Shown in pieces: positions 40,815-48,886 of a DNA stretch of 48,886 nt. The stretch is from Candidatus Nanopelagicales bacterium (GTDB lineage Bacteria > Actinomycetota > Actinomycetes > S36-B12), in NCBI GenBank assembly GCA_030728405.1, contig JANQZS010000099.1, positions 15,281-64,166 of the forward strand, in the 5' to 3' direction. The notes below the pieces were generated by a model. It saw only the letters and a program-made list of their open reading frames with translations. It made no database searches and was not told the DNA's origin. Within the stretch, counting starts at the first letter, position 1. Every line of letters starts with the position of its first letter. Both the position numbers and the translations under genes were made by a program.

Positions 40815-41840
40815 ATGATCATTGCAGCGGTCGCCGGGGCATCCGGGTATGCAGGTGGTGAGTTGCTTCGACTCATCGTTGCCCACCCAGGCATGAAGGT
40901 CGGCCCACTCGCTGCGGGGAGCCGAGCGGGGGAGTCGGTCGGGGCGGTCCATCCGACCTTGGTCGAGCTCGCTGAACTGCCATTGGTTGAGACGTCGGTG
41001 GATGCGTTGGCCGCTGCGGACATCGTCTTCCTCGCGCTCCCGCACGGGGAGTCAGCTGCTTTGGCTGCCCAGCTGCCCGCGGGACTGCCGGTCGTCGATC
41101 TGGGCGCGGATTTTCGGCTGTCAGACGCAGCCGCCTGGGAACGGTTCTATGGCGGATCACATGCAGGAACCTGGACGTATGGTTTGCCCGAGCTTCCAGG
41201 GGCCCGGAGTGCCATCAGTGGCAGCCGCCGCATCGCAAACCCGGGCTGCTACCCGACTGCCGTGGCTTTGGCCTTCGCACCCGTGCTCGCAGCCGGACTT
41301 GCACAACCGGATGTCGTCGTCGTGGCCGCGTCGGGAGCTTCCGGTGCGGGACGCAAGGCGACTGACTCTTTGCTTGCAACCCAGGTGATGGGCTCGATGA
41401 GCGCTTACAAAGTTGGCGGCTCGCACCAGCACACCCCGGAGATGGAGCAGTCGCTTTCGTCTGCTGCGGGCGTGGCCGTCACGCTCTCCTTCACTCCGCT
41501 ACTCGCCCCCATGCCGCGCGGAATCCTCGCGACCGTCTCGGCACCGATGCGTGCAGGGGTGTCCGAGTCGGCAGTGCGGGCGGCCCTCGCCGCCGCCTAC
41601 GCCGACGAGCCTTTTGTGCACCTACTGCCCGAGGGTCAGTGGCCGCAGACCTCTTCAGTCAGCGGGTCGAATGCTGCCCACCTGCAGTGCGCGGTCGATG
41701 AGCATGCGGGCCGCGTCGTAGTCGTGTGTGCGATAGACAACCTTGGCAAGGGTGCTGCCGGTCAGGCGCTGCAGAACGCAAACATCATCCTTGGCCTGCC
41801 CGAAGGAATGGGCCTGTCCGTCAACGGAGTAGCGCCATGA
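40815..41840 (+). CDS. argC: N-acetyl-gamma-glutamyl-phosphate reductase
   Basis: GASGYAGGELLR, LALPHG, DLGADFR, YGLPE, ANPGCYPT and IDNLGKGAAGQA.QN. Confidence 0.97.
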   Translation: MIIAAVAGASGYAGGELLRLIVAHPGMKVGPLAAGSRAGESVGAVHPTLVELAELPLVETSVDALAAADIVFLALPHGESAALAAQLPAGLPVVDLGADFRLSDAAAWERFYGGSHAGTWTYGLPELPGARSAISGSRRIANPGCYPTAVALAFAPVLAAGLAQPDVVVVAASGASGAGRKATDSLLATQVMGSMSAYKVGGSHQHTPEMEQSLSSAAGVAVTLSFTPLLAPMPRGILATVSAPMRAGVSESAVRAALAAAYADEPFVHLLPEGQWPQTSSVSGSNAAHLQCAVDEHAGRVVVVCAIDNLGKGAAGQALQNANIILGLPEGMGLSVNGVAP

Positions 41841-43003
41841 GCGTCACCGCAGCTGCCGGATTCGTCGCCTCGGGCGTGTGCGCGGGCATCAAGGCCTCCG
41901 GCAATCCTGATCTTGCTCTCGTAGTCAACAACGGTCCCCGTGACGTGATGGTGGGCGTGTTCACCTCGAATCGCTTCCAGGCCGCACCCGTGCTGTGGTC
42001 CCAGCAGGTGGTTGCCGATCAATCCGGACGCGTCGTTGTACTCAACTCTGGTGGCGCAAATGCCTGCACCGGAGCACCTGGGTTCGCGGACGCGCATCGC
42101 ACCGCAGAGCACGTCGCGAACTCACTGAGCAATCTTGGGCGCGACATCGGAGCGGGTGAGGTCGCGGTGTGTTCCACAGGACTGATTGGCGAGCGCTTGC
42201 CGATGGATTCGCTTTTGGCGGGTGTGGATGCAGCTGCGGCTGTTCTCGCGGCCGATGGTGGCGACGACGCTGCCGTGGCGATCATGACCACCGACACGGT
42301 TCCCAAGTTGGCCGTTCGTCAGGGAAGTGGCTACACCGTGGGCGGGATGGCAAAGGGAGCAGGGATGCTCGCGCCGGGGCTAGCAACCATGCTGGTGGTG
42401 CTCACCACCGATGCTGACGTCACCGGAGAGGTCGCTGAGTCTGTGCTGCGTGCAGCCACCGCCCGCACCTTCGATCGCATCGACTCTGACGGCTGCATGT
42501 CGACCAACGACACCGTTCTTCTGCTTGCCAACGGTGCCAGCGGAGTCGTTCCGGAGAAGGATGAGTTCGCATCCGTTGTGCAGGAGGTGTGCGCAGATCT
42601 TGCCCGTGGTCTCATTGGCGATGCTGAGGGCGCATCCAAGGACATTGTGATCACGGTTCGAAATGCGGCGAGTGAGGCCGACGCTGTCGAATCTGCTCGG
42701 GCGATAAGCCGTAGCAATCTACTGAAGTGCGCACTGCACGGCGAGGACCCCAACTGGGGTCGGGTGCTCTCCGCACTCGGCACCACGTCTGCAGCATTCG
42801 AACCGGAGAACGTCGACGTCATCATCAATGGTGTGCGCATTTGTATCGGCGGTGGCATTGGTGAGCCGCGTGATCTCGTCGATATGACAGGTAGGGAGAT
42901 CGCCATCGAGGTCGATCTTCGAGCAGGAGTTGAGCAGGCATCGATTTGGACCAACGATCTGACCGCCGATTACGTCAACGAGAACTCGGCCTACTCCACA
43001 TGA
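41837..43003 (+). CDS. argJ: Glutamate N-acetyltransferase / amino-acid acetyltransferase
   Basis: [52 protein letters not shown] and YV.ENSAYST. Confidence 0.97.
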   Translation: MSVTAAAGFVASGVCAGIKASGNPDLALVVNNGPRDVMVGVFTSNRFQAAPVLWSQQVVADQSGRVVVLNSGGANACTGAPGFADAHRTAEHVANSLSNLGRDIGAGEVAVCSTGLIGERLPMDSLLAGVDAAAAVLAADGGDDAAVAIMTTDTVPKLAVRQGSGYTVGGMAKGAGMLAPGLATMLVVLTTDADVTGEVAESVLRAATARTFDRIDSDGCMSTNDTVLLLANGASGVVPEKDEFASVVQEVCADLARGLIGDAEGASKDIVITVRNAASEADAVESARAISRSNLLKCALHGEDPNWGRVLSALGTTSAAFEPENVDVIINGVRICIGGGIGEPRDLVDMTGREIAIEVDLRAGVEQASIWTNDLTADYVNENSAYST

Positions 43004-43824
43004 GAATCAACCCTGAACTCGTAGGCGCAATCGTCGTGATCAAGTACGGCGGCAATGCAATGATCGACGAGAACTTGAAGCGGGCATTCGCCGAGGCAGT
43101 CGTGCGGCTTCGTGATGCGGGTGTTCGACCTGTCGTCGTGCATGGTGGTGGTCCGCAGATCAGTTCAATGCTGAAGCGGCTTGATGTCTCGAGTGAGTTC
43201 GTAGGTGGCCTGCGCGTTACTACTCCTGAGGTGATGGATGTCGTGGGAATGGTGTTGGTCGGTCAGGTGCAGCGCGAGCTCGTGGGCCTCATCAACGAAT
43301 TCGGTCCGATCGCGGTGGGTATGTCGGGTGAGGATGCAAGGCTTCTCACAGCTGAGCGCCGGGCTGCAATTGTTAGCGGAGTTGAAACCGACATCGGTCA
43401 GGTGGGTGATGTTTCGCATGTGCGTAGGGAGTACATCGATGCGGTGCTCGATGCTGGCTTTATCCCCGTCGTCTCAACTGTGGCTCGAGGAACAGACAAC
43501 GTCACCTACAACGTGAACGCGGACACGGCTGCTGCCGCACTGGCGGTGGCACTCGGTGCCCGCAGGTTCGTCGTTCTCACCGATGTAGAGGGCCTCTACC
43601 GCAACTGGCCCACCAGCGACGAGGTGATCTCCACCATTCACGCGGGAGAGTTGGCTGATTTGCTCACCACCCTCGATGCCGGCATGGTGCCGAAGATGGA
43701 GGGCTGTCTGCGGGCGGTTACTGCGGGAGTTCCGCAGGCCCATGTGATCGATGGTCGTCAGATACCCGACTCACTACTTGCAGTGCTCACAGGCACCGCT
43801 CCGGGAACTACGGTGCTGCCATGA
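43000..43824 (+). CDS. argB: Acetylglutamate kinase (lacks the N-terminal helix)
   Basis: [35 protein letters not shown] and GMVPK; ATGA overlap with argJ. Confidence 0.95.
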   Translation: MRINPELVGAIVVIKYGGNAMIDENLKRAFAEAVVRLRDAGVRPVVVHGGGPQISSMLKRLDVSSEFVGGLRVTTPEVMDVVGMVLVGQVQRELVGLINEFGPIAVGMSGEDARLLTAERRAAIVSGVETDIGQVGDVSHVRREYIDAVLDAGFIPVVSTVARGTDNVTYNVNADTAAAALAVALGARRFVVLTDVEGLYRNWPTSDEVISTIHAGELADLLTTLDAGMVPKMEGCLRAVTAGVPQAHVIDGRQIPDSLLAVLTGTAPGTTVLP

Positions 43825-45053
43825 GTCAGAGTTCTTCCACGGAACTACCCACCTCAATCGATGCACTGCGCGAGCAGTGGTCCTCGGTGATGATGTCCAA
43901 CTACGGCGCCCCGTCGATTCGACTCGTGCGAGGCAGTGGTTCGAGGGTGTGGGATGACCAGGGGGTGGACTACATCGACCTCATTGCTGGGATCGCCGTG
44001 AATGCGTTGGGCCACGCCGATCCACGGATCACCGATGCCGTGACTCTGCAATTGTCCACTCTGGGGCATGTGAGCAACCTTTTCGCGACGGATCCGGGTC
44101 TGCAGTTGGCAGCACGCCTAATCGCCATGACCGGATGGGACGACTCCGCCCGGGTGTTCTTCTGCAATTCCGGCGCAGAAGCTAATGAGGCTGCCTTCAA
44201 GATGGCGCGACTCACGGGGCGCACCCACATGGTGGTCGCCCAAAGCGGGTTCCACGGTCGCACGATGGGCGCACTGGCTCTCACCGCGCAGCCAGCTAAA
44301 CAAGATCCCTTCCGGCCACTCCCCGGCGAGGTGACGGCGGTTCCGTTCGGGGATGAGGCGGCGCTGCGCGCGGCCGTGACCCAGGAGACCGCTGCGATCC
44401 TGCTTGAGCCTGTACAGGGGGAGGGTGGAGTCATCCCGGCACCCGCCGGGTATCTCTCCGCCGCACGTCAGATCGCTGACGAGTCCGGAGCACTGCTCAT
44501 CCTGGACGAGGTGCAATCCGGCATTGGGCGCACTGGCACATGGTTTGCCCATCAACATGCCTCACTTGGTCCGGTCGTGCCTGATGTCATCACGCTTGCG
44601 AAAGGACTCGGGGGTGGCATCCCCATCGGTGCCGTGGTTGCGCATGGTCGGGCCGCCGCACTACTGGGTCCGGGGTCACATGGATCCACATTCGGTGGCA
44701 ACCCAGTGAGTGCCTCGGCAGCACTCGCTGTGTTGAACGCCATCGACTCCGATGGGCTTCTTGAGCGGGCCAGTTTTGTTCACGAAAGATTCGCACGCGA
44801 ACTACCTGCGCGATCATCAGGCGTTGTTCGTTCGGTGCGTGGGCTGGGATTGTTAATGGCTGCCGAACTCAACGACGTACCAAGTGCAACGGTCGACCTC
44901 GCACTCAAACAGGCGGGAGTGCTTGCAAATGCAGTCTCACCTGATGCGATCCGCATGGCTCCAGCGCTCAACATCAGTGATGCGGAGATTGACGACGCAC
45001 TTGACCGGTGGGAATTCGCTTGTAGTGCATTACAAAACGGTGACTCAGCATGA
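43821..45053 (+). CDS. argD: Acetylornithine aminotransferase
   Basis: [50 protein letters not shown] and HGSTFGGNP. Confidence 0.96.
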   Translation: MSQSSSTELPTSIDALREQWSSVMMSNYGAPSIRLVRGSGSRVWDDQGVDYIDLIAGIAVNALGHADPRITDAVTLQLSTLGHVSNLFATDPGLQLAARLIAMTGWDDSARVFFCNSGAEANEAAFKMARLTGRTHMVVAQSGFHGRTMGALALTAQPAKQDPFRPLPGEVTAVPFGDEAALRAAVTQETAAILLEPVQGEGGVIPAPAGYLSAARQIADESGALLILDEVQSGIGRTGTWFAHQHASLGPVVPDVITLAKGLGGGIPIGAVVAHGRAAALLGPGSHGSTFGGNPVSASAALAVLNAIDSDGLLERASFVHERFARELPARSSGVVRSVRGLGLLMAAELNDVPSATVDLALKQAGVLANAVSPDAIRMAPALNISDAEIDDALDRWEFACSALQNGDSA

Positions 45054-45583
45054 ACCGTCAGGTCAAGCGTGTAGAGAACGGCTCGGTTCATGCGTCCCCT
45101 CGGACGATGAATGCTCGCCGGGCAAGGGTGGCCGCGTTACTGGCCGGATCGCCGATTGGCTCTCAAGAGGAATTGGGGCTCTTGCTGGCTGAGGAGGGAA
45201 TTTCAGTTACGCAGGCCACGTTATCCAGAGACCTCGAAGCTTTAGGTGCGGTGAAACGAATGGATGCATCAGGTCAAGTGCGCTATGAAATCACTGATGT
45301 CATAGAGACCGATACCTCATTACCCATGACACTTTCCGAGCAGTCTTTAGCCCGGGCCGCGCATGAACTTCTCTTGCGTGCTGAAGCCGCTGGCAATATT
45401 GCGGTGTTGCACACGCCACCGGGCGCGGCTCAGTTCTTTGCTGGGCATCTAGATCGCAGCGCGGTGTTCGATACCGTCGGCACAGTGGCGGGCGACGACA
45501 CGATCATCATCGTCAATCGCTCACCTGAAGATGCCGTGAAGTTGTGCCAGAGTTTGCTCGACTTAGCAGAAGCGAAGGGATGA
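45050..45583 (+). CDS. argR: Arginine repressor
   Basis: SQEEL...L...[20 protein letters not shown] and GTVAGDDT. Confidence 0.96.
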   Translation: MNRQVKRVENGSVHASPRTMNARRARVAALLAGSPIGSQEELGLLLAEEGISVTQATLSRDLEALGAVKRMDASGQVRYEITDVIETDTSLPMTLSEQSLARAAHELLLRAEAAGNIAVLHTPPGAAQFFAGHLDRSAVFDTVGTVAGDDTIIIVNRSPEDAVKLCQSLLDLAEAKG

Positions 45584-47001
45584 CCATGACAGGCGATGTG
45601 GAGCCAACCCGGTTGTGGGGTGGCCGGTTCGCTAACGGGCCATCTGATGCGATGGCGGCCCTGAGCGCATCTACGCACTTCGATTGGCGTCTTGCTCCAT
45701 TCGATGTAATGCAGACGAAGGCCCACGCGTCAATGTTGTGCCGCGCAGGTCTACTCACCGAGGATGAGTTAGTCAGAGTGCATGCAGCCCTCGCTGAGAT
45801 CGCGATCGGGATTGCAACGGGTGCCATCGTGCCTACGCCAGCTGATGAGGATGTGCATACAACAGTCGAACGAAACCTTTTGGAATTGCTCGGTGACCTG
45901 GGGGGCAAGCTCCGTGCAGGCCGAAGTCGCAATGATCAAGTTTCCACGGATTTCCGGTTGTATACCCGGGCCAATGCGCGTGCGATTGCCCTTGAAATTG
46001 CGAATCTGCAGGAGGCTTTGCTGACACAAGCCATTGAACACACAGACACCTATTCGCCAGGATTCACGCATCTGCAGCATGCACAACCTGTTACTCTTGG
46101 CCACGAACTAGGTAAACACATCCACGCACTTCAGCGTGATTTAGAGCGACTAACCGACTGGGATGTTCGAGCAGCGCGTTCCCCGATGGGCGCAGGTGCA
46201 CTGGCCGGAGCATCACTCGGGCTTGATCCGCATGCAGTGGCAAAGGATCTCGGATTGGGAGAACCTCTCGCTAATTCCATTGATGCTGTTGGAGATCGCG
46301 ACTGGGTGGCAGAGTTCTTGTTCGTTGGAGCGATGATCGGTGTGCACCTCTCTCGGCTTGGCGAGGAAGTTATTTTGATGACGTCACGGGAGTTCGGTTG
46401 GGCAACCCTTGACGATGCGTGGTCCACGGGATCATCGATCATGCCTCAAAAGAAAAACCCTGATGTGGCAGAGCTTGCGCGTGGAAAGTCCGGGCGACTG
46501 ATCGGTAATCTTGCTGGGTTACTTGCCACACTCAAGGGTTTGCCTTTCGGTTACAACCGCGATTTACAAGAAGACAAGGAACCGGTTTTCGACACCGTTG
46601 AGCAATTGCTCTTGGTTCTCCCCGCGATGACTGGGATGATGGCGACGCTTCGTTTCGATAAGGATCGATTAGCTCACAGCGCTCCCGAAGGTTTTGCACT
46701 GGCGACTGACATCGCAGAGTGGCTGGTGCGAAACGGAGTTGCGTTCCGCGACGCTCATGAAATAGCTGGTGCATGTGTGCGCGAAGCGGAGTCTCACAAT
46801 ATTGAGTTGTGGGAGCTGACCGAATCCCAGTTGCTTTCTCTGTCCGAATTCCTTACGCCCGATGTGCAGTCAGTCTTGACACTCGCAGGTTCTGTAGCGT
46901 CTCGGGATTCTTTTGGTGGAACTGCACCGGATCGTGTTCGTGAGCAACTGGCATCTGTTGCTGAAGAGATTGCGAGCACTCGGCGGATTTGGTCCCAGTG
47001 A
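45580..47001 (+). CDS. argH: Argininosuccinate lyase
   Basis: [39 protein letters not shown] and [10 protein letters not shown]. Confidence 0.97.
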   Translation: MTMTGDVEPTRLWGGRFANGPSDAMAALSASTHFDWRLAPFDVMQTKAHASMLCRAGLLTEDELVRVHAALAEIAIGIATGAIVPTPADEDVHTTVERNLLELLGDLGGKLRAGRSRNDQVSTDFRLYTRANARAIALEIANLQEALLTQAIEHTDTYSPGFTHLQHAQPVTLGHELGKHIHALQRDLERLTDWDVRAARSPMGAGALAGASLGLDPHAVAKDLGLGEPLANSIDAVGDRDWVAEFLFVGAMIGVHLSRLGEEVILMTSREFGWATLDDAWSTGSSIMPQKKNPDVAELARGKSGRLIGNLAGLLATLKGLPFGYNRDLQEDKEPVFDTVEQLLLVLPAMTGMMATLRFDKDRLAHSAPEGFALATDIAEWLVRNGVAFRDAHEIAGACVREAESHNIELWELTESQLLSLSEFLTPDVQSVLTLAGSVASRDSFGGTAPDRVREQLASVAEEIASTRRIWSQ

Positions 47002-47354
47002 CGCAAAGGCACATCCGTATTGGTTTCGTGATTGCACTTGTAGTCACCACTTGGGCCCTGCTGACGTCGTCGGACTCCGTCGAAGGATTCGCATTTCTGC
47101 CAGACAAGATCTGGCATGCGGGAGCTTTCGCGATTCTGACAGGGTTGCTGCTGGGGAGCATGGTGATTCCTCGGTACGCCATCGCCGCACTTGGAATGTT
47201 GATCTACGGCGTTGCGATGGAAGCAATTCAGCAGCAGTTAGGAGATCGGGTTGGTGAACCCGGTGACATGGTTGCTAACGGGGTGGGGATCGTCATTGGT
47301 GTCTTTGCGTACTTCGGAATTACCACGTATCGCTTGCGGAATCCCCGTCAATAA
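46998..47354 (+). CDS. VanZ-like small membrane protein
   Basis: DK..H..AFA.L...YG...E.IQ.....R.....D..AN..G pattern with four hydrophobic segments; GTGA overlap with argH. Confidence 0.8.
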   Translation: MTQRHIRIGFVIALVVTTWALLTSSDSVEGFAFLPDKIWHAGAFAILTGLLLGSMVIPRYAIAALGMLIYGVAMEAIQQQLGDRVGEPGDMVANGVGIVIGVFAYFGITTYRLRNPRQ

Positions 47355-47967
47355 CTCGCCAGCAATACCAAGCAACCACACTTCGGTACGGTCTAAATTT
47401 GTCTCCTAATGCATCGAGCTTCTTCGGATCTATCTCGGTTCGCATCTTGTGGATTTGTTCCCAGCCACGCCGCATTGCCAAATCACCCACTGGCCACACA
47501 TCAAGTCTGTGCAGTGTGAACATCAAGAACATTTCCGCTGTCCATCGACCGATGCCCCAGAATTTGGTGAGCTCTGCTGCGATGGTGTGGTCATCTTCAT
47601 GATCAGCGGCGACTTGCAGATCCAAATTTCCTGAATGGATCGCGTGTGCCAATTCCTTAATGGTTCGAGTCTTCGCTCCAGACAGTCCAACGCTTCGAAG
47701 TTCATCGATGTGGGCCAGTACGACCGCCTCTGGGGTAACGCTTCCGCCAAAGTGGGCGTGCAGGCGTCCGTTGATCGTGTCGGCTGCCTTGATGGAAAGT
47801 TGCTGACCAACAACAGAGGTGACGAGTGCGGTGAAGTGGTCGGGTTGGGGTCCTGTCTTCCGTCCGATCGTGCAGGGTGGTGATTCTTCAACGATAGGCC
47901 CGAAGGCTGGGTCGACTGAGACTATGAAGTCAGCTGCTTTCCGCATGGTTCGTGCGGTGTGTGCCAT
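47320..47967 (-). CDS. DNA-3-methyladenine glycosylase II (AlkA/HhH-GPD family)
   Basis: F.AL..S.VGQQLS.KAA, LRSVGLS..K, HhH motif L....GIG.WTAEMFL.F.L.R.DVWP.GD and RPYRS. Confidence 0.9.
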   Translation of the reverse strand: MAHTARTMRKAADFIVSVDPAFGPIVEESPPCTIGRKTGPQPDHFTALVTSVVGQQLSIKAADTINGRLHAHFGGSVTPEAVVLAHIDELRSVGLSGAKTRTIKELAHAIHSGNLDLQVAADHEDDHTIAAELTKFWGIGRWTAEMFLMFTLHRLDVWPVGDLAMRRGWEQIHKMRTEIDPKKLDALGDKFRPYRSVVAWYCWRVIDGDSASDTW

Positions 47968-48003
47968 ACGTGCATGATGCCAGCATGAGACAAGATGTAC
48001 CGC

Positions 48004-48886
48004 GTGAGCGACATCATTGAAGAGCTGTTATGGCGAGAGCTGATTGCGCAGTCCACGGACTTGGGCGTGCTGAGCCAGGCCTGTGCCGCTGGACCCATCA
48101 CCTTGTACTGCGGTTTTGACCCCACAGCACCCAGCCTGCACCTGGGGAACTTGGCCCAAATCTTGACGATTCGTCGCTTTCAAGACCATGGGCATCGTCC
48201 GCTGGCTCTGGTCGGTGGGGCAACTGGATTGATCGGCGATCCGAAGATGGCGGGGGAGCGAACCCTTAATCCACGCGAAGTTGTTGACGAGTGGGTTGGT
48301 CGCATTCGTGGTCAGTTGGAGCGGTTCTACTCGTTCGACGGGGAGAATGCGGCGGTCATGGTCAATAACTATGACTGGACCGAAGGTGTTTCAGTTCTGG
48401 AATTCTTGCGCGACATCGGAAAACACTTCAGTGTCAACAGAATGCTGGATCGCGAAGCTGTCGCTGCCCGCCTTGCAAAAGATGGTATTTCATACACGGA
48501 ATTTAGTTACCAGCTGTTGCAGTCATTCGATTATTTGGTGCTGCATCAAAAATATGGATGCGTGCTGCAAACAGGTGGTTCAGATCAATGGGGCAACATC
48601 ACGGCTGGAGTTGACCTCATTCGTCGCGTGGAAAGTACGAGCGTTCATGCCCTCACGACCCCCTTGCTGACCAAGGCCGATGGCACCAAGTTTGGCAAGA
48701 CAGAGTCTGGAACCGTGTGGCTTGACGCTTCTCTCACCAGCCCATACGCCTTCTACCAGTTCTGGCTCAACGCGGATGATCGAGATGTGCCCACGTTGCT
48801 GCGTACTTTCAGCTTTAAGGGCCGTCAAGAGATTGACGCACTCATCGAAAGTACTACCTCTGCCCCGCAGGCCAGGGCTGGCCAGA
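48004..48886 (+). CDS. tyrS: Tyrosine-tRNA ligase (3' truncated by window edge; not in the ORF track)
   Basis: Translating from GTG 48004 (in-frame ATG at 47995): [17 protein letters not shown]...[15 protein letters not shown]...[10 protein letters not shown]...[11 protein letters not shown]...KFGKTE. Confidence 0.96.
   Translation, partial: MSDIIEELLWRELIAQSTDLGVLSQACAAGPITLYCGFDPTAPSLHLGNLAQILTIRRFQDHGHRPLALVGGATGLIGDPKMAGERTLNPREVVDEWVGRIRGQLERFYSFDGENAAVMVNNYDWTEGVSVLEFLRDIGKHFSVNRMLDREAVAARLAKDGISYTEFSYQLLQSFDYLVLHQKYGCVLQTGGSDQWGNITAGVDLIRRVESTSVHALTTPLLTKADGTKFGKTESGTVWLDASLTSPYAFYQFWLNADDRDVPTLLRTFSFKGRQEIDALIESTTSAPQARAGQ

Noticed and set aside
40815-47001. argF and argG missing from the arg cluster
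   Set aside because: argCJBDR(H) without argF/argG is a common actinobacterial arrangement, and the genes may lie outside the window.
1-48886. CRISPR arrays, rRNA, tRNA, prophage or IS elements
   Set aside because: No regularly spaced repeats, no tRNA cloverleaf signatures in the few intergenic gaps and no mobile-element ORFs were seen.

Overview
A gene-dense, almost entirely + strand stretch of core chromosome from an actinobacterium. The assignment rests on mIHF, a SAM-IV riboswitch, DUF1844/SseB next to infC, TANNNT leaderless promoters and typical actinobacterial gene order; the very short intergenic spaces suggest a compact genome (inference). Gene order: gltB(partial)-gltD, pyk, the PyrR-regulated pyrR-pyrB-pyrC-hyp-carA-carB-pyrK-pyrD-pyrF operon, mIHF-gmk-rpoZ-coaBC, SAM-IV riboswitch-metK-priA, def-fmt-rsmB, rpe-ribD-ribE-ribBA-ribH, hisE-hisG, a CynX-like MFS, sseB, DUF1844, infC-rpmI-rplT-TrmH methyltransferase, a 3-gene insertion (Fe(II)/2OG-oxygenase-like gene, cysD, cysNC), pheST, argCJBDRH, VanZ-like, AlkA-like glycosylase and tyrS(partial). 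I found no rRNA, tRNA, CRISPR array or mobile element. The most interesting observations are: (1) an uncharacterised HxD...H...R dioxygenase placed directly upstream of PAPS-synthesis genes in the normally contiguous trmH-pheS junction; (2) an ArgB lacking both arginine-feedback signatures although ArgJ is present; (3) a multi-hairpin leader with an intrinsic terminator in front of ATC-initiated infC; (4) a priA whose conserved-looking N-terminus has no canonical start; (5) GC-rich patches suggesting recombination. All protein calls come from recognising motifs and families by eye; no database searches were run.
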